Of a DNA stretch of 64,000 nucleotides, positions 62,601-64,000 are shown in pieces. The stretch covers positions 56,110,001-56,174,000 of the forward strand of contig NC_087446.1 of the NCBI RefSeq assembly GCF_036321535.1, given 5' to 3'. Under the pieces are notes generated by a model, which worked only from the letters and a program-made list of their open reading frames with translations, was not told the DNA's origin and did no database searches. Source of the DNA: Camelus dromedarius. Its lineage: Eukaryota. Position 1 is the stretch's first letter. Every line of letters begins with the position of its first letter. Both the position numbers and the translations under genes were made by a program.

Positions 62601-62689
62601 CCTCAGGTGTCTGGGCCATGCTGACTTCTGGCCTGGAGGTCACTACAGTGGGAGCGGAGGGAAAGCGAGGAGCCCATCATCGGCTTAGG

Positions 62690-63310
62690 GCAGCGGTGTT
62701 CCTTAGGAAGCTCAAGCCCGGGCTCTGCGGGACTGCTGGCATTTTCCCAAGCACAGCTGTGCTCCCTAACCCATGGCACGGAAATGGGTCTTTATTTCCA
62801 GGTGACCCGGCAGGTATCCGGGAGTCGAAGGAGCGGGTGTCACGCTAGAGCAGCGGACGGGACCGAACCGAGAGCAGCGACCGCCACGGCTTCCAGTCGA
62901 GCCCCTGCCGGCACCCGAGTGGGGGCAAGAGGGCGGGGCGGGGGCGGGGCTTGAGCGCCGCGCCCCCGTCACGTGACGGGGCCAGCATGGCGGCGGCCAG
63001 AGGCCTACCGTGCTCCCGGAAGCAGGCCGTGAGGGGCGGGCGTGCTGCTGGAACCCGACCTGGAACCGGAGACAGAGGTAGAGCGGGCAGGGCGGCCGGG
63101 CGGCCTGGAGCCGGACGTGTCCGGAGCGTCCCCGCAGACCGGGGCAGCAGGTGAGACGGGGTCTGGGCGAGGCGCGAGCGAGTGTGGCGGCGCTGGGCGG
63201 GGGCTAGGGGGCGCAGGGGGGTGCCCTGACCTGGAGGATGGGGGAGACGCGCGCGCGTGACCCTGAAGCAACTGGAGAGGCCCGCCCCGGCGGGAGGGAT
63301 ACCCGGGACA
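62690..63310. promoter_or_regulatory. MFSD5: CpG island / MFSD5 promoter
   Basis: CpG-dense; GC boxes 62931-62950; palindromic GTCACGTGAC 62968-62977. Confidence 0.85.
62985..63150 (+). other. MFSD5: MFSD5 5' exon (start uncertain)
   Basis: Donor CAG|GTGAGA at 63150/63151; acceptor ctctccccag| at 63729/63730. Confidence 0.7.
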
Positions 63311-63747
63311 GATGACGAGACACAGAGGGCAAAACAGGCTCCCCAAAGAGGATGGGAGGTAACACAAGGAAGTACTATATGCAGACGCTGTTATGGGAGA
63401 GGGCAGCAGCCCCTTAACTCGCAGGGCTGGGATTAGTGAAGGAATTCTCTTTGCTGTGCCAGGCCTGGGTGGGGCGAATACTCAGTCTTCTCCCCTCTCC
63501 TCTTACCCCTCCCTGTCCCATAATGTCCTAGGAGCCCGCTCTGGCGGGCCACTCCTCCCACCCACCCAACTGGTCCCTCCGGTCTGAGTTCTGGGGGAGT
63601 GGAGTTGAGGGGTGGGGAAGTGCAGTTGTCAGGGGTGTTGGGTGGAGCTGCATTCTGCTTAGACACCCAGCCCCTTGACAGTGCTACTGGGACAATGGAT
63701 GTGACTCTGAAACCTCCCCCTCTCCCCAGGTCGTCCGGGGGCCGGCC

Positions 63748-64000
63748 ATGCTGGTGACTGCCTACCTTGCCTTTGTGGTCCTCCTGGCCTCCTGCCTGGG
63801 GTTAGAGCTGTCAAGATGCCGGGCTAAGCCCTCTGGAAGGGCCTGCAGCAACCCCTCCTTCCTTCGGTTTCAACTGGACTTCTATCAGGTCTACTTCCTG
63901 GCCCTGGCAGCTGACTGGCTTCAGGCCCCCTACCTCTATAAACTCTATCAGCATTACCACTTCCTGGAGGGACAAATTGCCATTCTCTATGTCTGTGGCC
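63748..64000 (+). CDS. MFSD5: MFSD5 (major facilitator superfamily, putative molybdate transporter), N-terminal 84 codons, runs off the window
   Basis: gccATG; MLVTAYLAFVVLLASCLGLELSRCRAKP...DFYQVYFLALAADWLQAPYLYKLYQHY matches MFSD5. Confidence 0.95.
   Translation, partial: MLVTAYLAFVVLLASCLGLELSRCRAKPSGRACSNPSFLRFQLDFYQVYFLALAADWLQAPYLYKLYQHYHFLEGQIAILYVCG

Noticed and set aside
63079-63747. In-frame N-terminal extension of MFSD5 through the 5' exon
   Set aside because: In-frame TAG at 63079-63081 and no in-frame ATG after it

Overview
Mammalian genomic DNA with nine short N gaps. It is probably from a camelid, inferred from four tRNA-Ala-like SINEs resembling vic-1. Gene order matches human 12q13.13. 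From left to right: a CpG island shared by the 5' ends of CSAD (-, assigned by synteny only) and ZNF740 (+); ZNF740, with two expected coding exons apparently lost in N gaps; complete ITGB7 (-, 14 coding exons, 799 aa); complete RARG (-, gamma1 458 aa and gamma2 447 aa, with a DR5 RARE at the gamma2 promoter); and the 5' end of MFSD5 (+). The rest is L2, MIR, L1M, MLT1 and MER fossils plus microsatellites. The best novelty candidate lies between RARG and MFSD5. It is an intact 170-aa Cys/Pro-rich ORF (57482-57994) ending in a CaaX box. It has a plausible non-coding-exon plus single-coding-exon layout and sits just downstream of a locally duplicated 84-bp block carrying NF-kB-like sites. Other notable items are a GC-AG intron in ZNF740 with a competing frameshifting GT donor, a perfect RFX X-box upstream of ITGB7, a CLEAR-type palindrome and an overlapping uORF at MFSD5, and uORFs in both RARG leaders. 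Exon coordinates were derived by hand from splice signals and frame continuity against remembered human proteins. No database search was run.
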